Assembly: GCA_965637545.1 (NCBI GenBank)
Contig: OZ281494.1
Coordinates: forward strand, 22,878,001 to 22,942,000
DNA length: 64,000 nt
Direction: 5' to 3'
DNA from: Phallusia mammillata
Taxonomy: Eukaryota
In this document: in pieces, positions 40,504 to 52,787 of the stretch
Position numbering within the stretch: position 1 is the first letter of the stretch
How the letters are laid out: every line of letters starts with the position of its first letter
The notes under the pieces: model-generated
Database searches by the model: none
Told to the model about the DNA's origin: nothing
What the model saw: the letters and a program-made list of their open reading frames with translations, nothing else
Made by a program: the position numbers and the translations under genes

Positions 40504-43500
40504 CTAAACATTTGCTTTGCTATCAGAGCTATACAACCCACCTTCCTGCTTAATTGATGCAGAACCTTCTAGAAGTCCACCAATCATACTGATTGTATCA
40601 TCGAAGGGTGAGGGGTTTGGAATGACTTCGTTCAAACGAAGATTTCCATTTTTCGGCATGCGGTCTATAGAAGGAAATATTATAATATATAGGCGTTTTT
40701 GTTTGATAAAAATGGAGCATTTCGCTTCGTCAAAAGATCAATTTAAAAATGGCTTGCTTACGGACATATCTGCCTATTTGAGTGTTTAAAAAAACATTGA
40801 ATAGTGCAATGCATTATACTGAAACCGATGTCAGGATATGGATCTCCATGTTTCCAACACTGAAACAACCTGTGTATTTTTAGACGATTTGTTAGTCGTG
40901 CAGAACGCAGACAAGTATTGCATCTATTTAAACTTTTAAAGCAGCGGTTCCCAACCTTTCTGGTAGTGATGCACCGAAGTTTCGGTTGGCCGAAACATTT
41001 CGGCCGAATCCGCTGTTTTCCAATGTTTCGGTTTCGGCCCGAACTTTTTTGAAAATTCGGCCGAAACCGAACTTTTTTATTGCATGGAATTAAGGCCTTA
41101 AAATTTCATTTACGCCCATACGAAACATCATTAATTAACTTTTTGTTGTATCTATGAAATACCAGCCACGTTGTCTGTAAAATATTAGATGTTTAGCAAA
41201 GTTTACCCATTGTGAAAGTGATTTTAGTTTGTCAAAATTGAGTTCACTCACATCAACAACACAAGGTTCAGTCGAAACCATCCAAAAAACGGGGATTTTA
41301 GGTTCGGCCCGATTCGGCCGAAATTATTCGGCCTCATGGCCGAATATTCGGTTTCGGCCCGAACCTTTTTGGGCGGGTTCGGTGCATCACTACTTTCTGG
41401 TGCCACGACCCCTTAAAACGGTTCCCAAGTTGCGGTGACCCCACGCATAGGCGCCGAGTTTTACAAAAATGCAAGGTGGTGAATTTAAATTATGACGTCA
41501 ATTTTATGACGTCACTAATGCGTGCAGCCAAACGAGCTCCAACTCAAAGCCCAATATACTTTTAATAAAAAGCAAAGTTCGTCAATTTTAACAAAAAATT
41601 GTTTTTAAAATAATATTGATTTGGAACAATTCGCTTTAACGTGTTTTTGGTTTAGCATTGTTTAGAAACAGTTTCGTCAAGTCGTTGCTTTTGTATCGCC
41701 CAAAGTGACCATTTATTACAGAACAATCGCATTGTACACCATAGTGGCCAATCATTCACTGCCAACAATTGTGTGTTTGACGTCATACAAGTAAGGCACC
41801 AACCAAACTAGTTGCTTTTTCGTCAGCACGCTTGTTCAAAAGCAGAACTGTTCCCAAATTTGTTCAGATTTTACGGTGTTTCGTAAGATACCGATACAAA
41901 CAAACCCAAATATCCACGGTGTTCGCCACCACCCAGCCACCGCCTATACGGCGCCTATGACCCCAGGGATAAAATTAGTAGGCTATACATTAAAATTGAC
42001 TTCTAAATAGTGCAAAATTTATTTCTCACTATACTTTCTTTTCCTAATACTTGTCTTTCGATGCATCATTAACAGCCTGAAATTTTACAAATTAAATTTT
42101 AGTTCTGTTGACTATTAAGTTATAATTGGAAGATAGTGATATTATCGCGAGAATACAAAACAAGTTGGCAGGTTCTGACTTGATGATTATGATTATGTGA
42201 ATGCAGTATTATTACGTAATACAAGGCAATAATTAGCATTTTGTGAAAACAATTAAGTCTTCGAAAAACAAAGATCCACCCCAGATGTAGTTACTAGTTT
42301 ACATTTAACAAACAATGAAGGGAAGGAATGTGGTGCCCGGTTCTTTTGTTTTTTATTTGTTATATTAGTAAAAAATGAGTTGGGAGCCATTCCCTCAGGC
42401 GACCCCAGGCAAATTGTCAGGCGACCCCAGTTGGGGTCGCGACCCACAGGTTGGGAACCGCTGTTTTAAAGACTTTTAAACGATGCACCTCAGCGCCGCA
42501 TGCGGCTTTGTGCACTGTGGCTAAACAGTGCAATGAAAATCAGCGACCTTATTTCCGCTACTCCTATTGTTCAAGTATGGCCGAATTCATAGAAACGTGT
42601 AAACGGGGTTACAGATTTATTTTGATTGACTTACTCATGCTGACAGTGTCGTCACTCGTCTTTTTCGACCTTTTCGGTGATTTGAAGCTAAACTTCTTAG
42701 AATTTCGGGGCGAAGGACTCGGGTCGTACACAGAGAGGTTCTGAATGGATTCACCTTTCCCCAAACTGTGGATTTTTATTCCACGCTGCAAAAAATGTAA
42801 ATGCAGAATGTTGCTCCTTTGTTGAACTTTGTACTCCAGCCCGCTTTCTAAAACTTATTGTATGTACGAATGTTACATTTTTGTGCACCTGTTTGCTAGT
42901 TTCCTCAACAACTTTTCAACGTGACATGCCTAATTACATAAACACAAATATTAGTGCGGTTATTATACTTGCAGATGACAAATGGCTTGCGTTCGTGGGT
43001 TCGACAGGAGGAAGAAACCAGGAAAGCGAGGCCATGGCATCTCCCACACCCTGTGAGTACTTTTACCCAACAACAAGGTGTGTCTGACTTTTTCCACTGT
43101 TGCAATGGCGTAAATGCAACATATATCAAGCAAAAAGTAAAGCGTTTGTGGCTTAGGCGCACATTTGTTTGTATGTTTTGCAAAGCCACAGCCAACAATT
43201 TGCCAATCAACGGACAGTACACTTTATCAGCTTGTGATTTGCCTACGTCATTCATTTAGAAATAAATAACATAAACTTTTAAAAATCCGCAATGTCACAT
43301 CACCATAACGTTTGCGATCGATCATCTTGATTACAATGTTACTAGTTCGCCTATTTTATGCCCGATTACGAGAATACAACTTACTTTTTTTAACGGATAC
43401 ATAACAGGTTTAAAACAATTCATAATCTAAAATCTCAGTCAACCCAATATATTCCAGTAAACTACAAATCTGCGTAACACTTGAAGAACAAATCGGGACA

Positions 43501-45111
43501 TTCAACAATCTCCTATAAACTTACTCTAAGTGTTCCGCTTAAACTTGTTGTCTCAACTTGGTCGGTAGCAGCAAGTTTGATGCCTCTTTTGAGTGTGCCA
43601 CTCAGGCTAAGTCCTTCTTTTGTGCTTCCATTTCCTTGAGAGCTGTAACGCAAAACAGGTAATACCTTGAGAGCAAGCACATAGCAGATACAAAGCAAGC
43701 TATGCCTTCTATAATCAGTTATGCACGTATACCTCGTTATCGAGCCCGCATAACTTCCGCTGTAGCTGAACGCTCGCCCTACGTATCAGCAAGTTGTACG
43801 TGTAGTATGTGTTGGTAAAATGAAAGACAACTTTGAATGAAAAAGGTATTCGCAAGCGTGCCTTTAAGTGCGTGAACCTGAGTTACCTAATGACTGTATA
43901 CGGGTATTTTTTATATTAAAATTTGTACGATGTGTATTGCGCAAGCAGCACTTTGTCATGGACATATGCTAAGTTTTCTTCGTCACACTCGAGTAATTAA
44001 TCCAATAGAAAATTGTCCGGGAAGTCAAAGGGTCAGCATTTGCGTAGAAGCACAAAAAGTTCCAGTGAAACAACTAACCAACAGTCGATGGAAAACGCAT
44101 CGTATGAAAACCCTGATCCCACAAACCCTTTGATCCAATTTGCGTCAATCAACTGTTCGTACATGTTAGGCAAGATAATGTAATTAGAAATGGCGTATAA
44201 GGGCTTTTCAACTTATCGGTGTTGTACCAAAAGCAGGTTGTAACATTCAAACATGGTAACATGGGTGGTTTGTATCTTCAAAGGAGAGAAATAGGATCAC
44301 CATTCGAATCAAAACAACTCAGTCGCCCAGGCAAAAGACTTGATAAACAATGGAGTGATTCATAAGAACAAACCGGTTATGACGTGAAAAAGCTAATGTG
44401 CCTTTTGGAAAGAAGTATTGTTGTTTTCAAATTATGCAATAATGGAACTTAACTGTGGTGATCTCAACTAAACCAACAAGTTTCTGTCTTACGATCACTC
44501 TCACTTGGTTTGATTTATTGCCCAATTCCACGTAAAAGAATCGCAGAAAAGGAAAAAAATCAATTTAAAATATTTTTAGACTCGAAATTTGAGAGGACTG
44601 TCTCAACTGCCAACAGAATCAGTCAGTAAATTAGAAAGTAGGAATATATATTTCGCCTAATAATGGCATCATCAGTTCCTGAAAAACGCAATAGATCAAC
44701 ACCAAAATATCAAGAATGTAAAACAAACACAATGTTCTAAGCAACTCAACAACGCGAGTGTCGCCAATGATGATGCCATTATTAGGCGAAATATATATTC
44801 CTACTTTCTAATTTACTGACTGATTCTGTTGGCAGTTGAGACAGTCCTCTCAAATTTCGAGTCTTTTAACAATTTGCACAGTTATCGTCGGTATGCATGG
44901 CGGCTGTTGGAGGTTTAGATATTGCCCATCCACGACAATTTCTGATAAAATATTTTTAAAGCTAAACTTTTTCTAGAAAGTGTGTAAAACTTTAGGCAAG
45001 ATGCGAACCCCGTACTTACTATCTATTAGAGTTTCGAGGCGAAGGCAACTCGTCCAAATCGACATCGATAGTCCCATACTCGCCCGAGAATGTCTTCACT
45101 CCGTTGCTCAT
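40504..45111 (-). CDS. Uncharacterised 180-aa Ser/Pro/Lys-rich protein (5 coding exons)
   Basis: Phase-consistent exons: 45111-45020, 43642-43525, 42929-42889, 42765-42635, 40664-40504. AAAA precedes the ATG and three donors are GTAAGT. Translation runs MSNGVKTFSGEYGTIDVDLDELPSPRNSNRY...SDSKANV*. No family recognised. Confidence 0.65.
40964..41392. mobile_element. Nested hAT-type MITE (TAGTGATGCACCGAA family)
   Basis: 15-bp perfect TIRs; exact TSD CTTTCTGG; internal TTCGGCCGAA subterminal repeats. Confidence 0.9.
41446..41959. mobile_element. Nested hAT-type MITE (CATAGGCGCCG family, second copy)
   Basis: TIRs CATAGGCGCCG / CGGCGCCTATG; TSD ACCCCACG / ACCCCAGG (7 of 8 match). Alignable to 36629-37374. 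Confidence 0.85.
44578..44864. repeat. Perfect 97-bp inverted repeat with a 93-bp spacer
   Basis: 44578-44674 is the exact reverse complement of 44768-44864, checked base by base. Confidence 0.92.
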
Positions 45112-48100
45112 TTTTGTGACAGGGTAATCCCAAGAATCAAGTTATTGCAGTATTCAACGTCGTATGGAAATATTACAGAAAACAGTACAATAAACCCGCT
45201 GCAGAAAAAAAGAAACACACTATTTGTATTCTGTAGAATTTTTAAATTTTAAACTAAACAGCGTTGCCTATACTTGGTTTGGTCGAAAACACATTGTAGT
45301 GGACCCTGTTTTTTTACGCGTTTCCTACCCGTAGTAGACCATCTAACACCACAACATAAGACACGCTTCATTGTATAGCCCAAATCTATATACTGGTTTA
45401 TTCACATAGACCGCCAGGTATGCAAATTCCATTTTTTTATTGTCACACTACACCACACCACGTAGGCTCTTTGAACTGCAAAGGTTTTTTTGTGTTTACC
45501 TTTATGCACTCTTTAACAGACTCTGACTGAATCAGTGCTGCAAATTCTAAACCAAGCGCGTTATGTTAAATTTTAATGCAAATTTGATCCGTTTTTGCAA
45601 TGCTTTTTATGTAGTATTGAATCGAGATTGTTGGTTCATTTTTTTATCTGTTTACCAAACATACATTGTAAAAGATCGACTGCACAAGCCTAATATTTCG
45701 GTTGCGACGTTTCCAAAAATAAAAGCAACAGACACACATTGCATTGACAACACTACGGACACACATTACGGCTGCACTCATCGAAAAAAGTTTATACCGA
45801 AGAATGCGCAGAAAGCCAACGCTTTCATGCTACATACACAACTGCCCACTTCTAGGTCCAACAAACTGTCCAGTGCTATGAGACCACAAACTATCATGAC
45901 ATACCTTTTGTCTTGGCCTCGTTTGTACGAAGTATCAGACCGATTGTGAGTCACAACGGTATAACCCACGCGCTATCATCTGATTTCCGCAACAACATCA
46001 ACTGATTTGGCGCGCAACAACCTGTCCTGTTGCAACTGTTGGACTTTCAGTGTCGTAACAGGTCGACTGTAATGTTGTGTGTGTGGGCTAATTAACCGGC
46101 GTTATATCGTAAATATATGGGATGATAACGTTTGTTATCATACTAATTGTATAAAACAGAACATTGTATAAATATAATCCCATGAACAATGTTTATTTTG
46201 ACCATCGAACACCAATATACTAATCTGTAATTTGTACATATCCTGATTCTAAACCAAAAAAAACAAAACAATACTTGATGTGTAGGAAGTAACAAATTCT
46301 TCCATGTTTCCATACAAGTCTACTTAGATGGTAAACTAGGATCAACGCTTTATAAGGCCGTTGTCCCGGGCATAAGTCGAGGTCATTTACCAGTCATTTA
46401 ACGTCCCAAAAAGGCCAAATGGTAAAGTTAGTCAACTCACAATTTTGCCTCCTGTTAAATGACGTACTATTGTGGCCAAAACATTATGAACAAAAGTAAC
46501 AATTCAAGCAGTTAAATATACTTTGTTCAAAATTACTACACAAATAATTATATTAAGTATCACGTGAATTATAAAAACTACCGACTTCGTACTTTCTACA
46601 AATATAAATCACGCTCACAATAATTAACCTGTCGGACTTTTTATTACACTACGTCATGGAAGGGAAATTGGCTTGCTTAGGGGCACTGAATGTGATAATG
46701 ATAACTAAACAGCCTGCGTGAAAACATGACATGTCTGGTAATACAATAGCAACAATATCGGTTTTCATTAGTACCAATAAATATCGAATTGTCAGCCATT
46801 GCAATTAGTACTAAGCTGTCAGCCATTGTAATTAGTTGTTATTTCTTTTGTAACACTACTGTACATATAACTTCATAAAACATCTGCGTAATTTACCCAC
46901 ATCACCATCCCAGATAATGACTGCAAATGTATTTACACGTGTTACACAAAAAATGGTCCACAACACGGTTAAACAACCGTATTTCTCATTGATTAACAAT
47001 GAGCTCTCGCTTGCATGCAGTACGAAATAAAACAGCAGTTGTGCCGGAAACTGGCACAACAAAGGTATGTTCTATTGTGGTATGGCGTCACAGAGGTCGG
47101 GTGGTGCGACATAACTGCAATAGACCCATGTGTTTTGTAATCGTGAGTTTCATTTTCTTGATTAATTTGTTACAGAACCGCACTTACATAACTATCTTGC
47201 TTTTCTGTTGTTGCAGTTTTTCCCTGTTTTACATGTCTGCACTGAAAAAATAGAAAACACAAGTAAGCTTTTTTATGTCTAGGCTAGGTATACTTGTTTC
47301 AACCATTTGTAGGCGTTTTTGTTGGATGTCAAACCCTTTTTTTTTCAAACTGACTCTGGCTGGTTTACCACTATTTCAAATTGTTTAAATGTGGCTTGCT
47401 ACGGTAACTAAGTTTCGGTTGTAGACCTTCTATCTAAATTCAGGTTGATTTTTCAGAGCATCATCAGACCTATCAACCGCTATCGCCTATGACTCTTAGG
47501 AAAAAAACAACGATAGAACGGGGAATGCTTGTACCGTGAGATGGGTCATGTCTTGATCATGCTTTGTAGACACGTTGGTAACAAAAAAAGTGGAAATGCT
47601 TGGCAATTGTGGGGTGCGAAGTTTGATGTGTTTCCTATAATCCTATTGGCAGGTGTACATGTGCTGTTAAGTTAAATACTTTGTTTTCCAACCAGACACC
47701 CATAAGAGATTCCGAGGAAGTAATAAGTTCAAGTTTTTGAAAGTTTAAGGTCCCAAGCTTATTATTTGTGGTTACTCAGTTCATATCACGTTCAATGTAA
47801 TCCAGGTCCAAAAACTGTTTTGTTGGTGAGGGTTTAATTATTATGTTAAGTTGGCAAAAACCTAACATATTATAATACATGTAACACGAAATAGCCTAGT
47901 TTGGCCTTTATATTTAGACATTGTATATAATGAATACATTTAGAGTTCGTAAAAATACATTAAACAAAGTTAATTAACAAAAACAAAACAAAACGACTAA
48001 TTATTTAAAAGGACAGTTTTCGGTATTAAAAAATTCGGTATTAAAGTGATTTTTTTTCATCAGTTTGAAAAAAAAAACACAATAACGTGTTACTGATCCT

Positions 48101-48370
48101 CCTTAAATACAGGATTTAAAGAAATCAATCCCAGACTATTAAAGCGATTCATTTGTAAAATTGCTACCTTTAAGGTCGACAACAAAAGAACGAACTGCGG
48201 TTTTCTGCAATTTGTGAGGATGTACCTCTATTGCTATGACAACAGGCCGACGCTACTATCGCGCATGTGCAGTGAAGTGCGACGCCCTGTAGAAACTTTA
48301 GTGAAATTAGGGGTTGAATGGTAGAAAGAGTAAATTTGGTCTTTTCGACCCGACATGAGTATTTCTGCAG

Positions 48371-50896
48371 AAACCACGAATGGAGAATTACGTTGTTATT
48401 TGTGTGGTTATAGGTAAGAATTATCAAACAGATTCTTTTTTTGTAGTACGACTTTTTGTAGGATAGTGCATCTATTAAGCAACATGAATTGGAGTTCTAC
48501 TTATAAAATTAAGATTGGTATATAGCAAGTTAGACAGTCCTAGTCGGCAGCTAATAGCATAGCTGTTCATAACCTTCTTTGTAAAAATGCTTGTTTTTGA
48601 TGAGCTACAGACCGTGCACACTGTTTTAACCTATAAGGTCTCATCAGTGCAGCTGCTTTTTTCAACTAACTTACAGATAAAGTTTGAAGTAAACAAATGT
48701 CCAGCAGCATAGGGCGGAAATTGTCATGGAGTACCTGATTATTGACCTCATTGTAACCTATACCAAATTACTTAAGTGTTGAAACTGTTAAGAAATAACA
48801 ATTTCTCTGATAGGAAAACCATGTCAAACCCTTTCTCTCCAGTTTGTTTGAAACGAAGCAATTGCGCGTCGTCTATCGCCTGTGATGTAATCAGTGACGA
48901 CATCATTCGAGTAACTTGGCACTTCGATCCGGCGTTCGAATATTACGTGGTGAGCTGGTACGTGCTGGAGGATTATCTCTCAGTGAACCCAACAGCGGAA
49001 TCTGCCTTTAGAGAATATGTTAACTACGACTATGAAAGCGAGGTTTACAGGTGAAATTTTGCCGGGTTTTATTTGAGAGTGTTTGTAAGATTTGTGAGAT
49101 ATAAAATTAGAAATTAGGGAGAATCAACTGTGATAAATTTATTAACATTTTACCAAAACCTGTTTATATGGATTTAGCGGTTGGCAGATATGATATGAAA
49201 ACATAACAAGCAGACTGCTGTAAAAAATCTGCTTTATCTGATTAGACTTTTGAATTGCGTTTAGATACAGCTATGATCGGTCGTATGAGGAAGTCCTTGA
49301 AGATGTTGCTGCTTCCCTTAATCTGATAACATTTAGTTATGATGTCATCACCGCTGCAAGTCACCATGAAATTGCAAATTCTCTGAATGTTAACGCTACT
49401 TTCGATATCTCGGTTAGAGGTTTCCAAAACAGGTCACGAAAAAATCCACAGGAAAATTTACATGTGAATTGTGACGTCAAAGTCATTTATAAGCCAGGTA
49501 TTTGTTTGAAATATAAGTTTCTATTTTTTCGCACTTTTTGATCCCAAGTTTATTAGAAGTTACAACACAAGTGGCATCTGCATCTCCAGCGGTATCACAG
49601 ACCGATTGGTCATTGTTCGTAATTGTACCTGGATCTTTGTTGGCGGTAATTGGCATGTTGTTGGCAGGAATATTCGTAAGTAACCCACAGCCTTTGAACG
49701 TGATTATTTCGGCCATTGTCGCAAAAAGTACATCAAACTTATGCTTAAAGGTTCATCGATATGCAGTACGTCGTCAAAACCGCATCAAAACTCCTGTGAG
49801 TTGGCTCGAAAACTCCGCTGATTGGTCCGATCGATCACGTGACCGGCAAGCTGAGGGTTCTTATCCCTACCGACATTATGTAGTCACAGCCGACGATTGC
49901 TGGTCTCCACCGTTGCTAGGATACGAGGACTACGTTAGCACCGGGAGCGGGATGTTCGACAGGATGCATTACAGAAGGTGACATATATATGACGTCATTG
50001 TGGGAAAAATACCTATTTTTTGGCATGAAACAGGCATTCGCTGACCACTGTAACGGAAGAATCAGCTCATAACATGTCTGGGGAACAAACCGACGCCATT
50101 GTTCCGCGATCGAAACGCATTGCGTCATCAAGACAAAACAACAGAACAAGACCATCCACTAAGGGGCGCCACACGACACCACAGCCTCCAAAAAGTGCCT
50201 CGTCAAAACTAAGGTTTCTTAATTCAAGGTTTGTTTAACGTAAGAAGGTTGAGTTTGATAACAGCATGCTTTAGGTGAGTATAGGTGCATGAAAAAAGGT
50301 TGTGCTGCTGATAAAATTTGTTAATTTTCGTCAGATCAAGCAGATTATCAGATTTCCCGGAAACCACTGGTTCTTCTACGTCATTATGGTGGTCTGATGA
50401 CGAAACAGTTGATGACGCTGACGAAGTAAGAGAAGATAAAAGCTTGTGGCCCAACTTCGGGGTAAAATTGTCACTTCATTTTTGTGTTAGCAAGTTTGAT
50501 CGGTTAAAAATGATTATATAATTTACAGAAGCAACGAAAATATCGCTTTGCGGGAGTGTCAAACAAGAAAAATGACAAAGGAGGTGCGACTGGACCTGAA
50601 TCAAGTCGAACCAATCAGAGAACAGGAACCCCTGCAGTGACGTCATCTGCCAGGGTAATTTTGTGTTTGTTTTTTAAAAACACAGTTGCTTCGTTAAATC
50701 GACTTTTTTGAAGATAAAGGCTAAGAATGCAATACGAATCATTTAACTTCTTCGATTAGAAAAAATCCTAAATTAAAAACAAACGCTTGAATAAATTAAA
50801 TTATTTTTTTTGCAGAAATCCTTTCCTACTAGTGGCGGAACTTCTAGAAGAAAACTAAGAGCTACCAGCTCTACCGTAAACGTTCTGTCGCTCTGA
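48371..50896 (+). CDS. Uncharacterised type I membrane protein: Cys-rich/FN3-like ectodomain, one TM, long Ser/Arg-rich cytoplasmic tail; signal-peptide exon not firmly located
   Basis: Nine phase-consistent exons: 48371-48413, 48859-49050, 49265-49432, 49549-49675, 49751-49977, 50034-50213, 50335-50425, 50529-50654, 50816-50896. TM is LFVIVPGSLLAVIGMLLAGIF, followed by a basic stop-transfer. FN3-like hallmarks: ISDDIIRVTW, YYVVSW, TFDISVRGF. Candidate leader exons 47128-47142 and 47217-47262 are tentative. Confidence 0.72.
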
Positions 50897-51114
50897 ACTC
50901 CGTTCACAATGCTGATTACGCACAAACACCGCTTCGGTTGGCGTTATGCCGCTGTTATATATGATGCTCGTTTCCGCGTTCGTCCCTAAACGAAAATTTT
51001 ACGCGCAAATGTAAAAATATTTTCAGCTGCTTGATTGCTTACGAAAAAAAAAACGGTTAGTATCGTTGGGGTGAAAAACTGTCCCCCCCCCCCAAAAAAA
51101 AAAAACTATTAGAA

Positions 51115-51523
51115 CAGTGGTTCCCAAACTTTTTCATATTTTTTTCAAAACGGTCCTTTTGCCATTATTTCGAGGGCTCGCGGTCCTTAAGCCTTAATGT
51201 GTATTTCATAAAAACGAAAGTTGATTGCAGGATTTTAGCCTTGCGCATAACAATCATTCAAAGACAGCATGTGACATCACAAACAGGACAAAAACATTAC
51301 GATTGTGCGCGAACAATTGCATTTTTGATAGTTGTCATTCAATAAAGGCCATTGTTTAGCGATGGAGACAGTCGATTCTCAATTCTACTTTGATTTTAAA
51401 CTTATTTAGTGACACAAACTGACGCCAAATAAGATTATAGAATTATTTCAACCGCTTCGCGGTCCCCCCAAAATTGCTTCACGGACCCCTAAGGGACCGC
51501 GGACCCCAGTTTGGGAACCGCTG
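51115..51523. mobile_element. hAT-type MITE abutting the LRR pseudogene fragment
   Basis: TIRs CAGTGGTTCCCAAACT / AGTTTGGGAACCGCTG; exact TSD TATTAGAA. Confidence 0.88.
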
Positions 51524-51737
51524 TATTAGAAGGAATGAACGTCCAACAAAACTATGTCATTATGCTCGAAATGATAATCCAGTTTGTCTTTGGGAAACGT
51601 AAGTTCGTTCGGTGCTTTCTGTAAGTATTGGCAATACACCTATAGCGTGTTGAGTAAAGGCAGTCAGAACATTTAGTTCCACTTGTTGGTGCCAGTAAGA
51701 AACAAGAAAACGGCAACACACGCCAAATAATTCTCAT
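51524..51737 (-). pseudogene. Truncated, frameshifted paralog of exon 1 of the LRR-Ig receptor (signal peptide, LRRNT, start of LRR1)
   Basis: Aligns to about 60580-60790 (shared CAGAAAGCACCGAAC, AAAGACAAACTGGATTATC, TTGGACGTTCATTC). A net +2 frameshift follows KCSDCL. An in-frame TAA sits at the MITE junction, and I see no homology beyond the MITE. Confidence 0.8.
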
Positions 51738-52787
51738 TTTGCAACGATTTGGCCACCTCAGCTATGAAATACAAAATATCTGCATTATTAGTCATACATC
51801 TCTGCTGGTCAATTAATGCTCGTACCTCCAGGTAAGTGCATATTACTATTAATATTGCCGACAGATCTGTAGCGGTCACGTGCTTTTAAACCATCATTTT
51901 GGCACTTTGGTTTGGCTAAGCATTAAGTAATGGAACATTTTAACTTTGCAACCATGACTTTTCGTTCCATGGAATTTATATGCTGCTTTTGCGACATATG
52001 GTATCGAACGGTGTAACTTTACTGTTCCATGTGTTCTCATGATTCAGTAACTATTGGAAGCACATATTCAGTGTCGTTGTTACATGTTCCCGTCTTCCTG
52101 ATATGTTCCAACAGCCAGACCATAAGACAGGCTGTTGCGTAAACCGGGTGTTTCGAAATAGTTGTGCAATCCATTGCAGTGCTGCATATCTTTGCAAGCG
52201 TTTAACTTAAAACAAACTAATAACTGATGTGAGTAAAAGAAGGTACTGTTTTGCAATGATCGCACGAAAAACGAGTATCAGTTTGAAAACCAATGTTTTA
52301 TCGTTGATCGCTTTTTTCCATCGTATCTTTTCCTTGAGATAAATGAGACTTGATGTGTGTTGCGTAACCAGAATAAAAGACAAGAACTAAATTGATCTTT
52401 TGTGGATCATGTCGGCTCTATGCAGCAAGCGTTAAGAATCGTAATAATGAACTTACTCGCTACTGCAGACGACCGATACGAGCCACGAGAAGCAGAAGAA
52501 ATAACGAGCCTTCAAGTAAACAATAACACAGCACGTGCGCACCCTCGCCCCCGCAGATCCAACGAAAATCGGGCCTAAGTATTGTTACATTAAAGTTCGT
52601 TTTATAATCCCAAAGTAACTTTAAAATAACATTTAAACAGCCCGTTAAGTGATAAAATTGTCACTTATCAAAAGTAAGTTTTTAGTTTAAATAAAATATT
52701 GGTATTAAATATCGTTTATTGATCGTTTTCCACCTAATAATTGGTATCGTTATGGGCCCTTAAGCAGTTATATTTTATATCCTACGA

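Larger units (their letters stand above)
40942..42463. mobile_element. hAT-type MITE hosting two nested MITEs, in intron 4 of the 180-aa gene
   Basis: TIRs CAGCGGTTCCCAACC / GGTTGGGAACCGCTG; exact TSD TTTTAAAG. Confidence 0.88.

Noticed and set aside
42975-43052. Plus-strand exon-like segment (TTGCAG|...|GTGAGT) antisense to the orphan gene
   Set aside because: No phase-compatible partner exons or recognisable product could be linked.
51082-51105. C11-A12 homopolymer junction
   Set aside because: Low-complexity tract next to a MITE; no functional inference possible.
52080-52215. Minus-strand open segment LNACKDMQHCNG... with splice-like ends
   Set aside because: An isolated segment with no homology and no chain of exons.
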